DNA of 64,000 bases from the NCBI GenBank assembly GCA_014859275.1, contig JACUUO010000001.1, forward strand, positions 13,865 to 77,864, in the 5' to 3' direction. The DNA comes from Actinomycetota bacterium (GTDB lineage Bacteria > Actinomycetota > Aquicultoria > Aquicultorales > Aquicultoraceae). This document shows, one piece after another, positions 19,352-28,575 of this stretch. The translations under genes and the position numbers were made by a program. The notes under the pieces are model-generated. The model was not told the origin of the DNA and made no database searches. It saw only the letters and a program-made list of their open reading frames with translations. Each line of letters starts with the position of its first letter. Positions within the stretch are counted from its first letter, which is position 1.

Positions 19352-20656
19352 CTAACCCAGGCCCACGTCTAACCTTATGAGGTCGTCAAGTGTTTCACGC
19401 TTGATTATTATTCTTGCTCGCCCATCTTTAACTAGAATAACAGCGGGCCTTGGCTGGCGATTATAGTTGTTTGCCATAACATACCCGTAAGCACCAGTTG
19501 TGGGAGTGCATAGTATATCACCAACCTTCGGGTGAGGAAGTATGACGTCCTTTACTAATATATCGCCCGACTCGCAATGCTTTCCAGAAACAGTAACCAC
19601 GGTATCAGGATTCTCTCCAGCCCTATTTGCAAGGATGGCCTCGTAAACCGCGCCATAAAGCATTGGTCTTAGATTATCCGACATGCCGCCATCTACGGAA
19701 ACATATGTGCGAATATCTGGAATATCCTTAATTGTGCCAATCGTATAAAGGGTAATCCCCGAGTTGGCGACTATAGAGCGACCTGGCTCTACCATTATCT
19801 TTGGAATCAGTAGATTAAATCGAGCAGCTTCTCTGACAACGCCATCTATAATAACACCAGCGTATTCCTCAACAGTGGATGGCTCATCAACGGCCCTATA
19901 CTTAATCCCGAGACCGCCGCCGTTATTTAGCTCATCGACTATAAAGCCCGTCCCATCTTTTACCTGCCTCACAAACTTCATAGTAAGCTCGATCGCCTTT
20001 GCATACGAGTGAAGCGCAAATATCTGCGAGCCGATATGCGCATGTATCCCCTTTAGGCTGATATTTTTAAGCTCGAGAGCTTTTTTTACCGCATGTAAGG
20101 CAATCCCGTCCTGTAAGCCAAAGCCGAATTTGCTATCCAACTGGCCTGTCTGGATATAGCTATGCACCCGTGGTTTTATCCCGGGCGTTATCCTTAAAAG
20201 AATATCCTGATCTCTATTTTTCTCAGCAGCGATCCTGCTTAATAGCTCAAGCTCCTGAAAGCTATCGACGATAACCCTACCGACATTGTTATCAAGCGCA
20301 AGCTCTAACTCCGCGGGAGTCTTGTTGTTGCCGTGGAGATATATCTTCTCCATCGGAAATCCAGCCTTAATTGCAGTATAAAGTTCACCGCCCGAAGATA
20401 CATCCAACGACAAGCCCTCTTGGTTTACAATCTGGCACATGGCTATGGATGTAAAGGCCTTACTCGCGTAAATGACCTCAAAATCCCTATTTTTTTCACT
20501 GAAAGCCTTCATATACCTGCGACACTGGTCTCTAATGGTATCTTCATCCATTAAAAAAAGCGGCGTACCGTATTCTTCTGCAAGCTCAACTGTATCGCAG
20601 CCGCCAACCTCTAAGTGGCCCTGTGAATTTATCTTGGCCGTAATTGGTAAAACCAA
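19352..20656 (-). CDS. lysA: diaminopimelate decarboxylase
   Basis: 434 aa. YASKAF (PLP Lys), HAHIGSQ, GGGLG, EPGRS and CESGD are present. TTG start preceded by AGGAGG. Confidence 0.95.
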   Translation of the reverse strand: MVLPITAKINSQGHLEVGGCDTVELAEEYGTPLFLMDEDTIRDQCRRYMKAFSEKNRDFEVIYASKAFTSIAMCQIVNQEGLSLDVSSGGELYTAIKAGFPMEKIYLHGNNKTPAELELALDNNVGRVIVDSFQELELLSRIAAEKNRDQDILLRITPGIKPRVHSYIQTGQLDSKFGFGLQDGIALHAVKKALELKNISLKGIHAHIGSQIFALHSYAKAIELTMKFVRQVKDGTGFIVDELNNGGGLGIKYRAVDEPSTVEEYAGVIIDGVVREAARFNLLIPKIMVEPGRSIVANSGITLYTIGTIKDIPDIRTYVSVDGGMSDNLRPMLYGAVYEAILANRAGENPDTVVTVSGKHCESGDILVKDVILPHPKVGDILCTPTTGAYGYVMANNYNRQPRPAVILVKDGRARIIIKRETLDDLIRLDVGLG

Positions 20657-20780
20657 GCAGAACCTCCTGAGAATCTGGATTTAGTTGCGAAGAGTAGTTG
20701 GCAAGCTAAGAGCTGCCAACCTGAGTAAGTGTAACATATAAAAGAAGACAAAGTCAAAGCTAACACTAGGTACTGCACAA

Positions 20781-21088
20781 GATCGGTGACCGGATGACCG
20801 GGTTACCAGGTGATCGGTGATTAGGTAACCGGGAATGTAGGGGCGGACCCTGTGTCCACCCTAAGGAGTAGCACATAGGTAAGATGTGGGTATCCAGTTA
20901 CTCAGTGCTGCAGTGCCGTAGGGGCGGACCCTGTGTCCGCCCTGTTGCCCGATTCATCGGGCGATCTCTCACACTGCATAACACGTAGTTGCCCGATTTA
21001 TCGGGCGATCTTCGATAGTGCTGCAGTTACCAATTACCAGTTGACGTGAGTAAGGGGTGTGGGTACTACTCTATGAACCACTAACTAT
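20781..21088 (+). repeat. Mosaic intergenic repeat, copy C (inverted relative to A, B and D)
   Basis: The plus strand reads GATCGGTGACCGG...GGTGATCGGTGA. Next come GTAG-GGGCGGAC-cctgt-GTCCACCC (20837-20861) and GTAG-GGGCGGAC-cctgt-GTCCGCCC (20918-20942). These are followed by GCCCGAT-tca-TCGGGC (20947-20962) and GTAG-tt-GCCCGAT-tta-TCGGGC (20985-21006). It ends with GGGGTGTGGGTA and CTCTATGAACCACTAACTAT. This is the reverse complement of the module order seen in A and D. Confidence 0.9.
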
Positions 21089-21090
21089 AA

Positions 21091-21119
21091 TAATCCCTGG
21101 ATTCAAAAACTGGTATAAT
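21091..21119 (+). promoter_or_regulatory. extended -10 promoter for argS (TGgTATAAT)
   Basis: TGGTATAAT at 21111-21119 matches the TGnTATAAT extended -10 consensus. The -35 region (TAATCC) is weak. It lies 55 nt upstream of the argS ATG at 21175. Confidence 0.55.
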
Positions 21120-21174
21120 CTACACATTGTGAGCTATATTTGTGAGCAAAATCAAGAGCGATCGAAGGTACAAG

Positions 21175-22836
21175 ATGATTAAAGAAAAGTTATCACTGCT
21201 TGTTAAAGAAGCCTTAGAAAAAGCGCAGCTCAAGGGAGAGCTACCAATAGAAGAGATCCCTGAGATAGCAATGGAGCACCCCAGGGAAAAAGCCCACGGC
21301 GATTGGGCAACTAACATAGCGATGATCCTTGCCGGGGAGGTAAAGATGCCACCACGCGCGGTCGCGCAGATTATCGTCATGTCGCTCGGTGATGTACGAA
21401 AGTACCTTAGTAAGATCGAGATAGCTGGCCCCGGCTTTATCAATTTTTATTTAAGCAACGAATGGCTATACGAAGTGCTGGAAGTTATAAGGCAGGAAGG
21501 TGAGAAATTTGGCCACTCCCAGGCCGGTAGGGGCAAACGGGTATTGATCGAATTTGTCAGTGCTAACCCGGTCGGGCCGATGCATATCGGCCATGGTAGG
21601 TGGGCGGCTGTCGGCGACACCCTTGCCAACGTACTAACTGCAAGCGGTTACAATGTTGAGCGGGAATTCTACATAAACGATTTTGGCAATCAGATGAATA
21701 TCTTTGCGAAATCGGTTGCCATAAGATATGCTCAATTGCTCGGGTTGGATGTGCTATTCCCAGAGGATGGTTACCAGGGCGAGTACATAAAAGATATTGC
21801 GCGCGAAATCATCGCCAAAGAAGGCGATAAGTATTTAGATATCTCTAAGGAACAGCGAGAGTTAATCTTCAAGGAGAGGGCCTACCTTCAAGTACTTGAG
21901 CATCTTAAGAGAACGCTCGAAAAAATGGGCGTGATATTTGATACCTGGTTTAGCGAACGGGCACTTCACGAATCATCTGCTGTAGACAAGGCCATTGAGG
22001 AACTTAGAGAGCGCGGATTCGTCTACGATTCCGAAGGGGCGGTCTGGTTTAAGGCAACTGCTTTTGGCGAAGAGAAAGATAGGGTTCTTATCCGAGCAAA
22101 TGGTGAGCCGACCTACTTTGCCGCCGATATCGCGTATCATAAGAATAAGCTCGAGCGGGGATTCAATGAAATAATAAATATATGGGGTGCCGATCATCAC
22201 GGTTATATCGGCAGGATGAGGGCGGCCACACAGGCCCTTAGGTATCCTGCCGATAGGATGGAGATCATAATCGGCCAGCTCGTCAACCTGCTCAGAGGGG
22301 GTGAGCCGGTTAGAATGTCCAAAAGAACCGGAGAGATGGTCACGCTTGATGAGCTCCTTGCGGAAGTCGGGCGCGATGCAGTACGCTTCTTCTTCCTCAT
22401 GCGAAGCACCGACAGCCCACTCGATTTTGATATTGAGCTTGCCAAACAAGAGTCAAATGAAAATCCGGTCTACTATGTGCAGTATGCGCATGCAAGGATA
22501 TCCAGCATTATAAGGTTCGCCGAAGCTGAAGGGGTCGATCTTTCCGGAAGGGTAGATTACCGCCAGCTCGAAACAGAGCCCGAGCTGGACCTCATAAGAA
22601 AACTCGGCGAGTGGCCCGAGGTGCTCGAGAGGGCCACTCGACAGAGGGCGCCTCATCCGTTAACGGCCTACGCACAAGAGTTAGCTTCGGCCTTCCACTA
22701 TTTCTACACGAAATGCCGCGTTGTTAGCGAAAATAAAGAGCTATCTGCCGCACGGATGTCACTGTCTGAGGCAACCAGGACGGTTTTGAGAAGCGTTCTT
22801 GCTATCCTTGGCGTATCCGCTCCAGAGAGGATGTAA
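21175..22836 (+). CDS. argS: arginine--tRNA ligase
   Basis: The class I HIGH motif appears as PMHIGHGR, and the KMSKS-like motif as MSKRTG. There is a C-terminal anticodon-binding DALR domain. The track start is GTG at 21142, but ATG at 21175 (MIKEKLS) has a GAAGG SD and fits the promoter position better. Confidence 0.95.
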   Translation: MIKEKLSLLVKEALEKAQLKGELPIEEIPEIAMEHPREKAHGDWATNIAMILAGEVKMPPRAVAQIIVMSLGDVRKYLSKIEIAGPGFINFYLSNEWLYEVLEVIRQEGEKFGHSQAGRGKRVLIEFVSANPVGPMHIGHGRWAAVGDTLANVLTASGYNVEREFYINDFGNQMNIFAKSVAIRYAQLLGLDVLFPEDGYQGEYIKDIAREIIAKEGDKYLDISKEQRELIFKERAYLQVLEHLKRTLEKMGVIFDTWFSERALHESSAVDKAIEELRERGFVYDSEGAVWFKATAFGEEKDRVLIRANGEPTYFAADIAYHKNKLERGFNEIINIWGADHHGYIGRMRAATQALRYPADRMEIIIGQLVNLLRGGEPVRMSKRTGEMVTLDELLAEVGRDAVRFFFLMRSTDSPLDFDIELAKQESNENPVYYVQYAHARISSIIRFAEAEGVDLSGRVDYRQLETEPELDLIRKLGEWPEVLERATRQRAPHPLTAYAQELASAFHYFYTKCRVVSENKELSAARMSLSEATRTVLRSVLAILGVSAPERM

Positions 22837-22896
22837 TAGGTTTAGTTGACAAAAGCATTATTAGTGAGTAAGGATAAATTTGGGGTTGCTTATTGC

Positions 22897-22910
22897 TCAG
22901 TATTTACTGA
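22897..22910. promoter_or_regulatory. TCAGTA-tt-TACTGA dyad upstream of the BlaI-family gene (operator candidate)
   Basis: A perfect 6-2-6 inverted repeat lies 100 nt upstream of the 23010 start. It resembles in form the TACA-nn-TGTA type boxes used by BlaI/MecI/CopY repressors. Confidence 0.3.
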
Positions 22911-23009
22911 TAATGAGTAGTAGGCTCGTAAGCTGTGCTGCATTAATAAAATAACGTGGAAGACACTAATCTAACAAAGAAGATATGGCTAGGATTTAGG
23001 AGGTATTAA

Positions 23010-23435
23010 ATGGCAAAAAAAACAGTTAGGGTTAGAAAAAATCGGGTGGGCGTTGGCTCAGGCTTAGGCGAGCTTGAAGCTGATATAATGAGCGTTGTTT
23101 GGAGGCTTGGAAGCGCATCGGTTAAAGATGTCTTTGAGGAGCTTTATCCTGATAAGAGGTTAGCTTATACGACGATTATGACCGTTATGAGCCGTCTAGC
23201 TAATAAGAATGTTCTAAAACAGGATAGAACTGGCACCGCCTACGTATACACGCCAAACGTTAGCCAGGAAGAGATGGCTAATTCTATGATCAACCAGGTG
23301 ATCGATAAAGTATTAGGCGGAAGCATAGCTCCTGTGCTCTCGTTTCTGCTAAATAAAAGCGAGATAGATGAGGGCGAAATCAAACGGATAAAACAGGCAA
23401 TTCAGAAGAAGAAGAAAGAGCTGGCAAAGAAATAG
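23010..23435 (+). CDS. BlaI/MecI/CopY family transcriptional repressor
   Basis: 141 aa. The winged-helix N-terminus (LGELEADIMSVVWRLGSASVKDVFEEL...LAYTTIMTVMSRLANKNVLKQDRTGTAYVYTP) is typical of the penicillinase repressor family. AGGAGG SD sequence. Confidence 0.85.
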   Translation: MAKKTVRVRKNRVGVGSGLGELEADIMSVVWRLGSASVKDVFEELYPDKRLAYTTIMTVMSRLANKNVLKQDRTGTAYVYTPNVSQEEMANSMINQVIDKVLGGSIAPVLSFLLNKSEIDEGEIKRIKQAIQKKKKELAKK

Positions 23436-23469
23436 ATTTGGCTTATTATATCCTTAAACACTTTCCTGC

Positions 23470-24732
23470 CTACCGCCTCGGCTTCTCAACGAGGGTGAGT
23501 TTGGTCGTATTCTTCTTCATGCCTCTAAAGTATGTTATCTCTATGTTATCGCCGACCTCTCTCTGCCTGATCTCCGCAATAAGCTTATCCATGCTCTCTA
23601 TTGGCTTACCATTGGCGGCAACAATTATATCTCGCTCCTTCAAACCGGCTTTGTCTGCCGGACTTCCCTTTTCGACTCTACTGATTACCGCACCATGCTT
23701 GACACCAAGCGTGATGTTATCCGTTACGATATCACTAACATTGTTTCCCCAGATACCCATGTATGGATGACTTGCCTTTCCCTTCTCAATCAGCTGTTCA
23801 GCAACGTCTTTTGCAGTCTCTACCGGAATCGCAAAGCCTAGACCCTCAGTAACACCACTGCTCGATATAATTAGGGTATTTATGCCGATAACCCTGCCTT
23901 TAGCATCACTCAGAGCACCGCCGCTATTCCCGGGGTTTATCGGCGCATCTGTCTGGATAAGATTGGTATATGTGGTATATGTGGTAGCTTCACTGTTCCC
24001 CTCGCCGGGAACACTGATTGTCCGATTCAACGCACTTATAATACCAGAGGTCACCGTATGCTCGAATCCAAATGGGCTACCTATTGCAACGGCAAGCTCA
24101 CCAACCTGAAGTTCCTTCGTAGAGCCGAATTCAGCGACCGGTAGGCCGGTCCTATCAACCTTAATTACAGCCAGGTCCGTTTCCTTATCCGCTGCAACCA
24201 GTTTACCTGTAACTTTATCAGTTCCTATAGTGATAGATATCTCCTTTGCCCCCGATATAACGTGGTTATTAGTTAGGATGTAGCCATCCTGCCGGAATAT
24301 CACGCCTGAGCCAACACCGCTTACTATATTGGAGTGGAACATGTCCTGCATCGGCTGTTTTATCCCAATATTTACTATCGATGGCTGGAGTTTTTTTGCA
24401 ACTGCAGTGACCGGGCTTACCGCACCTTTTTCAACATTAATAACATTATTAGAATCACTGGCTGGCAGGTTCTGTCGTCCACTAAAGACAGCCTCAGGCG
24501 TACTGCCATACATATAAGGAATGGCAAATGTTGCGATAAGCCCGCCTAAAATAGCGCTGAAGAAAGCGACAGCAATCAGTAGAATATTACTCCTTCGGTT
24601 ATGCCTTATCTCAGCTACAACTTTATCCACTTCTCCAGCATCAACGGGCCTTATATGTTCTTCAGCCTCCGATGGTGAAGGCCCGGGTATCGGATCGTTG
24701 CCTTTCTCGCCACGGTCGCTTCTTTCCTCCAT
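23470..24732 (-). CDS. HtrA/DegP-family serine protease with PDZ domain (paralog 1)
   Basis: 420 aa. It has an N-terminal TM helix, the trypsin-like catalytic triad context (TNNHV, DLAVIK, GNSGGAL) and a C-terminal PDZ domain. Confidence 0.9.
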   Translation of the reverse strand: MEERSDRGEKGNDPIPGPSPSEAEEHIRPVDAGEVDKVVAEIRHNRRSNILLIAVAFFSAILGGLIATFAIPYMYGSTPEAVFSGRQNLPASDSNNVINVEKGAVSPVTAVAKKLQPSIVNIGIKQPMQDMFHSNIVSGVGSGVIFRQDGYILTNNHVISGAKEISITIGTDKVTGKLVAADKETDLAVIKVDRTGLPVAEFGSTKELQVGELAVAIGSPFGFEHTVTSGIISALNRTISVPGEGNSEATTYTTYTNLIQTDAPINPGNSGGALSDAKGRVIGINTLIISSSGVTEGLGFAIPVETAKDVAEQLIEKGKASHPYMGIWGNNVSDIVTDNITLGVKHGAVISRVEKGSPADKAGLKERDIIVAANGKPIESMDKLIAEIRQREVGDNIEITYFRGMKKNTTKLTLVEKPRR

Positions 24733-24849
24733 GCCCTATCCTTTCCTTTCCTGTGCTTGAATTTTGCCCTTTTATCTTATAAAACAAACAGCATAAGATC
24801 AAAAAGGTAGTAATAGATGATATAAATATCCGCTCTTAGCGGGTTTTTG

Positions 24850-25542
24850 TTAAACTCTTGGTTGTTTTCTTTTAAAGTATAGCTCGATCTTTCGCTTTAC
24901 TCTCTGTAGAGCATTATCGATCGATTTCACGTGCCGGCTTAAATCATCCGCTATCTCTTGATATGATCTACCATCAATATAGAGTGTTAATACTTGGGCT
25001 TCCAAATTGCTTAAGAGTTTACCGAAGCTCATTCTCATACTCTGCATTTCTTCACCGTTGATAACCAGATCCACCGGGTCGGCGATCTCGGTACTGGATA
25101 ACAGATCAGCCAATATACGATCCGATTCATTAAAATAAATTGGCTGGTTAAGTGAGATGTATGAATTAAGCGGCAGGTGCTTTTGTCGTGTCGCCATTTT
25201 AATGGCCGTTATCATCTGTCTTGTTATGCAAAGTTCAGCAAAGACCCTGAAGGATGATTGCCTATTATCTCGATAATCTCTGATGGCTTTATAAAGGCCA
25301 ATCATTCCCTCCTGGATGAGGTCATCCCGATCAGCCCCTGCAAGAAAATAGGCACGCGCTTTTACCCTCACAAAGTTTTTATACTTATCTAGGAGAAATT
25401 CTAGGGCTGCGTCGTTTCCCTCTCTGGAGGCAACGATTAATTGATTATCGGTTAAGGTTTTAAGAAAAACGCTTGGATAACATCGAGATGATTCCGTTTG
25501 AACTTGCAATGCTAGCTCTCCCCCATTATTGGTGACATGCAA
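24850..25542 (-). CDS. sigH: RNA polymerase sigma factor, SigH type (sigma-70 family)
   Basis: Region 2 reads DRDDLIQEGMIGLYKAIRDYRDNRQSSFRVFAELCITRQMITAIKMATRQKH, and region 4 reads SYQEIADDLSRHVKSIDNALQRVKRK. It sits in the conserved position next to yacP/rlmB. The true start may be the internal TTG near 25509. Confidence 0.85.
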   Translation of the reverse strand: MHVTNNGGELALQVQTESSRCYPSVFLKTLTDNQLIVASREGNDAALEFLLDKYKNFVRVKARAYFLAGADRDDLIQEGMIGLYKAIRDYRDNRQSSFRVFAELCITRQMITAIKMATRQKHLPLNSYISLNQPIYFNESDRILADLLSSTEIADPVDLVINGEEMQSMRMSFGKLLSNLEAQVLTLYIDGRSYQEIADDLSRHVKSIDNALQRVKRKIELYFKRKQPRV

Positions 25543-25697
25543 GTACGTTCATCCCATCTGCCCCTCCTGCTATATAGGGCTGGCCTTTGCTGACCAAGTG
25601 GATGATCAATAACGAAATTATAGGCGTCATAACAACGTACGTCAAGAAGATAACCGCTAAGCCATAGAATGTTAGTAGGATAAAGCTGATGATTTAG

Positions 25698-26204
25698 CTA
25701 TTCTTCACCGCTGATTATCCGCTCGAGGGCGCGCCTTATAGCACTATCGAGCCGGTCCTCTAAGCGAAATCCTACGCCTTTCTTGGGCAAACTTTTTAGG
25801 CCTCTTTCGGTTGATTCCAGCTCGGCGATTAGCTCCTGGGAGCTTTTTCGTAAAACGCCGGGCCTAAAAACAACTTTCTGCTGGCTATAATCGGAGGTCG
25901 CAACGATAATATCTCCATCATAGCCGGACTTAAACGCCATCCGCTCTATCATCTCATCGGCCGTTTCCCCAGCTTTTGTAAACCAGACGTTAATACCGAG
26001 AATTTTGGCACGGTGGCGGCCACGTAGATGCGTTTTTGCAGCATCAAAAACGAGCACGATATCGTAATCATTAAGCGCTTTTAGAGTTGCAAGGTCTTCA
26101 ATTAGCTTAATGCGAGCAAGCTCGAGATCGTTCTCCCGCCACTTTTTGTATCTATCGGTTGAGTATATTAAATTGTATCCGTCGACAATAAGTAGTTTTA
26201 CCAT
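25698..26204 (-). CDS. yacP: NYN-domain ribonuclease, YacP/Rae1 family
   Basis: 168 aa. LLIVDGYNLI, VVFDA and VATSD are YacP-like NYN motifs. It overlaps the rlmB stop. Confidence 0.85.
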   Translation of the reverse strand: MVKLLIVDGYNLIYSTDRYKKWRENDLELARIKLIEDLATLKALNDYDIVLVFDAAKTHLRGRHRAKILGINVWFTKAGETADEMIERMAFKSGYDGDIIVATSDYSQQKVVFRPGVLRKSSQELIAELESTERGLKSLPKKGVGFRLEDRLDSAIRRALERIISGEE

Positions 26205-26956
26205 CTCTGCCTTAGCGCCTCATACATTAGAAGAGCCCCTGCAACGCTTACGTTAAGCGAAGATACCTGACCCTTCATCGGAATTGCAGCCAAATAATCG
26301 CATTTTTCCGCGACTAGGCGCGATATACCTGCGCCTTCACTCCCCAAAACGATTGCAGTCGGCTGCCTAAAATCAACCTTAAAATACACCCTATCGGCTT
26401 TCTCGCTCGTGCCAACGACCCAGAAACCCATCTCCTTTAAAGCATCGATGGCGTAAGAGAGATTGCTGACCTGAACTATTTTCATGTAAGCTGTCGCCCC
26501 AGCCGAAGCCTTATGCACCGCCGCCGTTATTGGCGCAGAGCGCCTTTTTGTAACGATAATCCCATCAATGCCAGCCGCATCAGCTGTTCTTACCAGCGCA
26601 CCGAAATTCTGGGGATCGGTAATCCCGTCGAGAAGCAGGAGTACCGGATTTTTGCCGATATCCAAACCCCGTGCAAATTCCGAAAACGAAAGGTAGTTGT
26701 ATGGTCTGACGATAGCAACTACGCCTTGGTGCGCCCTCGATTGCGATATATCATCTAGCTCCTGCCTTTCCACCCTATCAATACGAATGCCCCGCTTATT
26801 AGCCAGGGCTTCTATCTTCACAATAATATCGGATGGTTTTATGTTCCTTGCGATCAGTACTCTGCCGATGTGCCTCGAACTCCTGAGCAACTCGTAAACG
26901 GCTCGCCTGCCTTCAACAGTTTCCAATCTAACTTCACCTAAATCTTTAACTTCCAT
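26198..26956 (-). CDS. rlmB: 23S rRNA (guanosine-2'-O)-methyltransferase, RlmB/TrmH (SpoU) family
   Basis: 252 aa. It has an N-terminal SpoU_sub_bind region, DGITDPQNFGALVRTA, LGSEGAGIS and IPMKGQVSSLNVSVA. Confidence 0.9.
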   Translation of the reverse strand: MEVKDLGEVRLETVEGRRAVYELLRSSRHIGRVLIARNIKPSDIIVKIEALANKRGIRIDRVERQELDDISQSRAHQGVVAIVRPYNYLSFSEFARGLDIGKNPVLLLLDGITDPQNFGALVRTADAAGIDGIIVTKRRSAPITAAVHKASAGATAYMKIVQVSNLSYAIDALKEMGFWVVGTSEKADRVYFKVDFRQPTAIVLGSEGAGISRLVAEKCDYLAAIPMKGQVSSLNVSVAGALLMYEALRQRW

Positions 26957-28455
26957 CTTGAGCCAAGCGGTGTATCTTCTATTTCGATCCCCATAGCGGA
27001 TAGCCTATCTCTTATTCTATCTGCCATGCCCCAATCTTTCTCTTTTCTGGCCCTGTTCCTGCGCTCAAGAATGTCATCGAGCAATTGATCCTTCCTTTTG
27101 CCATCGATGGCGATCCCCAGAACTTCGGAGGCCAGTTGATATATATCCTCGGGCAACTTCTTAGCTACATCCTCAGCCTTAGGTAACGTCAGATTAAGAC
27201 CCACTGCACCGGAAAGCTCTAGGAGCACTCCATCAGCTTCCTCCAATAGATCCTTGGCATGCATCGTTACCTGCTCGCCATAGACCTCGATAAATGTATT
27301 TATCTCTTTTACGAGCTCGAAAAGATTGGCTAATCCAGCGGCGCTGTTAAAATCATCATCCATTGATTCGATAAATTTCTCCTTCGTCTCTTCAATCACC
27401 CTCTTAAGTCGATTCATCTCTTCAACCTTCTCCGGCCACCTGGTAACCGTTGGAGACTCAAGAACGTGCTCTATCCGCCTGCGCACATTTAACAATCTCT
27501 CATAGGCCGCTTCGGCTTCCTTCAGTTTCTCCTGACTAAAATCAATCGGACTTCTGTAATGCGTCCCAAGCGCAAGCAGGCGCAGGACATTCGCGTTATG
27601 CTCTTTTAGTAGGTCTCTTACGAGTATAATGTTGCCGAGCGATTTTGCCATTTTTTCTCCGCCGATATTGACCAACCCGCCATGCAACCAATACTTGGCA
27701 AATCGCTTGCTTGTATAACCTTCAGTCTGCGCAATCTCATTTTCGTGGTGCGGGAAGAGGAGATCGCGCCCGCCCCCGTGGATATCAAAATCGATTCCAA
27801 GATACCTAAGCGACATCGCTGTACATTCTATGTGCCAGCCGGGCCTGCCCTTGCCCCAGGGACTATCCCATGCAGGCTCGCCCGGTTTAGCGGACTTCCA
27901 GAGCGCAAAGTCCATTGGATGGTGCTTCCTCGGATCGATCTCAACACGTTCCCCAGCCCTCATTTCGTCTAGCGTGCGGTGGGCAAGCTTGCCATACCCA
28001 GCGAACTTTGTGACCTCAAAGTAGACATCGCCATCGACAATATAAGCGAGACCCTTCTCGATAAGCGCCTCAATTATCTCGATCATTTCTTTGATGTGAT
28101 TGGTCGCCTTTGGCTGAATCGTTGGTTCCGCAAGTCCCATGTTCTTGGCATCTTCCCAGAATTCCCTTGTATAGCGCTCGGCGATCTCCTCGGGAGAAGT
28201 TCTCTCCTCTTTGGCCTTGATAATTATCTTGTCGTCGATGTCGGTCAGGTTTCGAACATATGTAACGTCGTATCCCCTGTATTTCAGATAGCGGTAGATT
28301 ATATCGAAAGAGAGGTAGGTACGCGCATTTCCCACGTGGATGTAGTTGTATACGGTCGGGCCACAGACATACATACCAACCTTCCCCGGATCGCGAGGGA
28401 TAAATTCCTCTTTTTTTCTATCCAAAGTGTTATAAACTTTTATGGACATCGACAA
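26938..28455 (-). CDS. cysS: cysteine--tRNA ligase
   Basis: 505 aa. CGPTVYNYIHVGNAR (HIGH), KMAKSLGN (KMSKS) and WHIECTAM are present. Confidence 0.97.
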   Translation of the reverse strand: MSMSIKVYNTLDRKKEEFIPRDPGKVGMYVCGPTVYNYIHVGNARTYLSFDIIYRYLKYRGYDVTYVRNLTDIDDKIIIKAKEERTSPEEIAERYTREFWEDAKNMGLAEPTIQPKATNHIKEMIEIIEALIEKGLAYIVDGDVYFEVTKFAGYGKLAHRTLDEMRAGERVEIDPRKHHPMDFALWKSAKPGEPAWDSPWGKGRPGWHIECTAMSLRYLGIDFDIHGGGRDLLFPHHENEIAQTEGYTSKRFAKYWLHGGLVNIGGEKMAKSLGNIILVRDLLKEHNANVLRLLALGTHYRSPIDFSQEKLKEAEAAYERLLNVRRRIEHVLESPTVTRWPEKVEEMNRLKRVIEETKEKFIESMDDDFNSAAGLANLFELVKEINTFIEVYGEQVTMHAKDLLEEADGVLLELSGAVGLNLTLPKAEDVAKKLPEDIYQLASEVLGIAIDGKRKDQLLDDILERRNRARKEKDWGMADRIRDRLSAMGIEIEDTPLGSRWKLKI

Positions 28456-28470
28456 CTAACACCACCTAAT

Positions 28471-28526
28471 TAGTTCATAGTTAGTAGTTCATAGTTAGTA
28501 GTTAGTAGTTAGTAGTTCATAGTTCT
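28471..28526 (-). repeat. Tandem heptamer array, 8 in-phase units of TAGTTNN abutting the cysS SD
   Basis: The plus strand reads tagttca tagttag tagttca tagttag tagttag tagttag tagttca tagttct. On the mRNA-sense strand this is NNAACTA x8, ending 3 nt before the AGGTGGTG SD of cysS. Confidence 0.9.
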
Positions 28527-28575
28527 TAGCTTATTTTGTTAACTGCCAGCCATGGGCTAGGGAACTTGGTGAACT

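Noticed and set aside
21089-21174. T-box leaders upstream of the aminoacyl-tRNA synthetase genes (argS, cysS, gltX, lysS)
   Set aside because: The leaders are too short: about 50 nt for argS, 120 nt of heptamer repeats for cysS, 8 nt for gltX, and lysS overlaps greA. No AGGGUGGUACCGCG-type T-box sequence was seen.
24815-24840. Hairpin CCGCT-ctt-AGCGG plus T-run as a terminator
   Set aside because: The stem is only 5 bp. The T-run is on the plus strand, where no gene ends nearby. On the minus strand (after sigH) the trailing sequence is only AT-rich. The evidence is too weak to call.
28471-28526. Possible CRISPR array or other spaced-repeat system in the short tandem repeats
   Set aside because: The units are 7-8 nt and directly abutting, with no unique spacers. 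There are no cas genes. CRISPR repeats are 24-48 nt long and separated by spacers.
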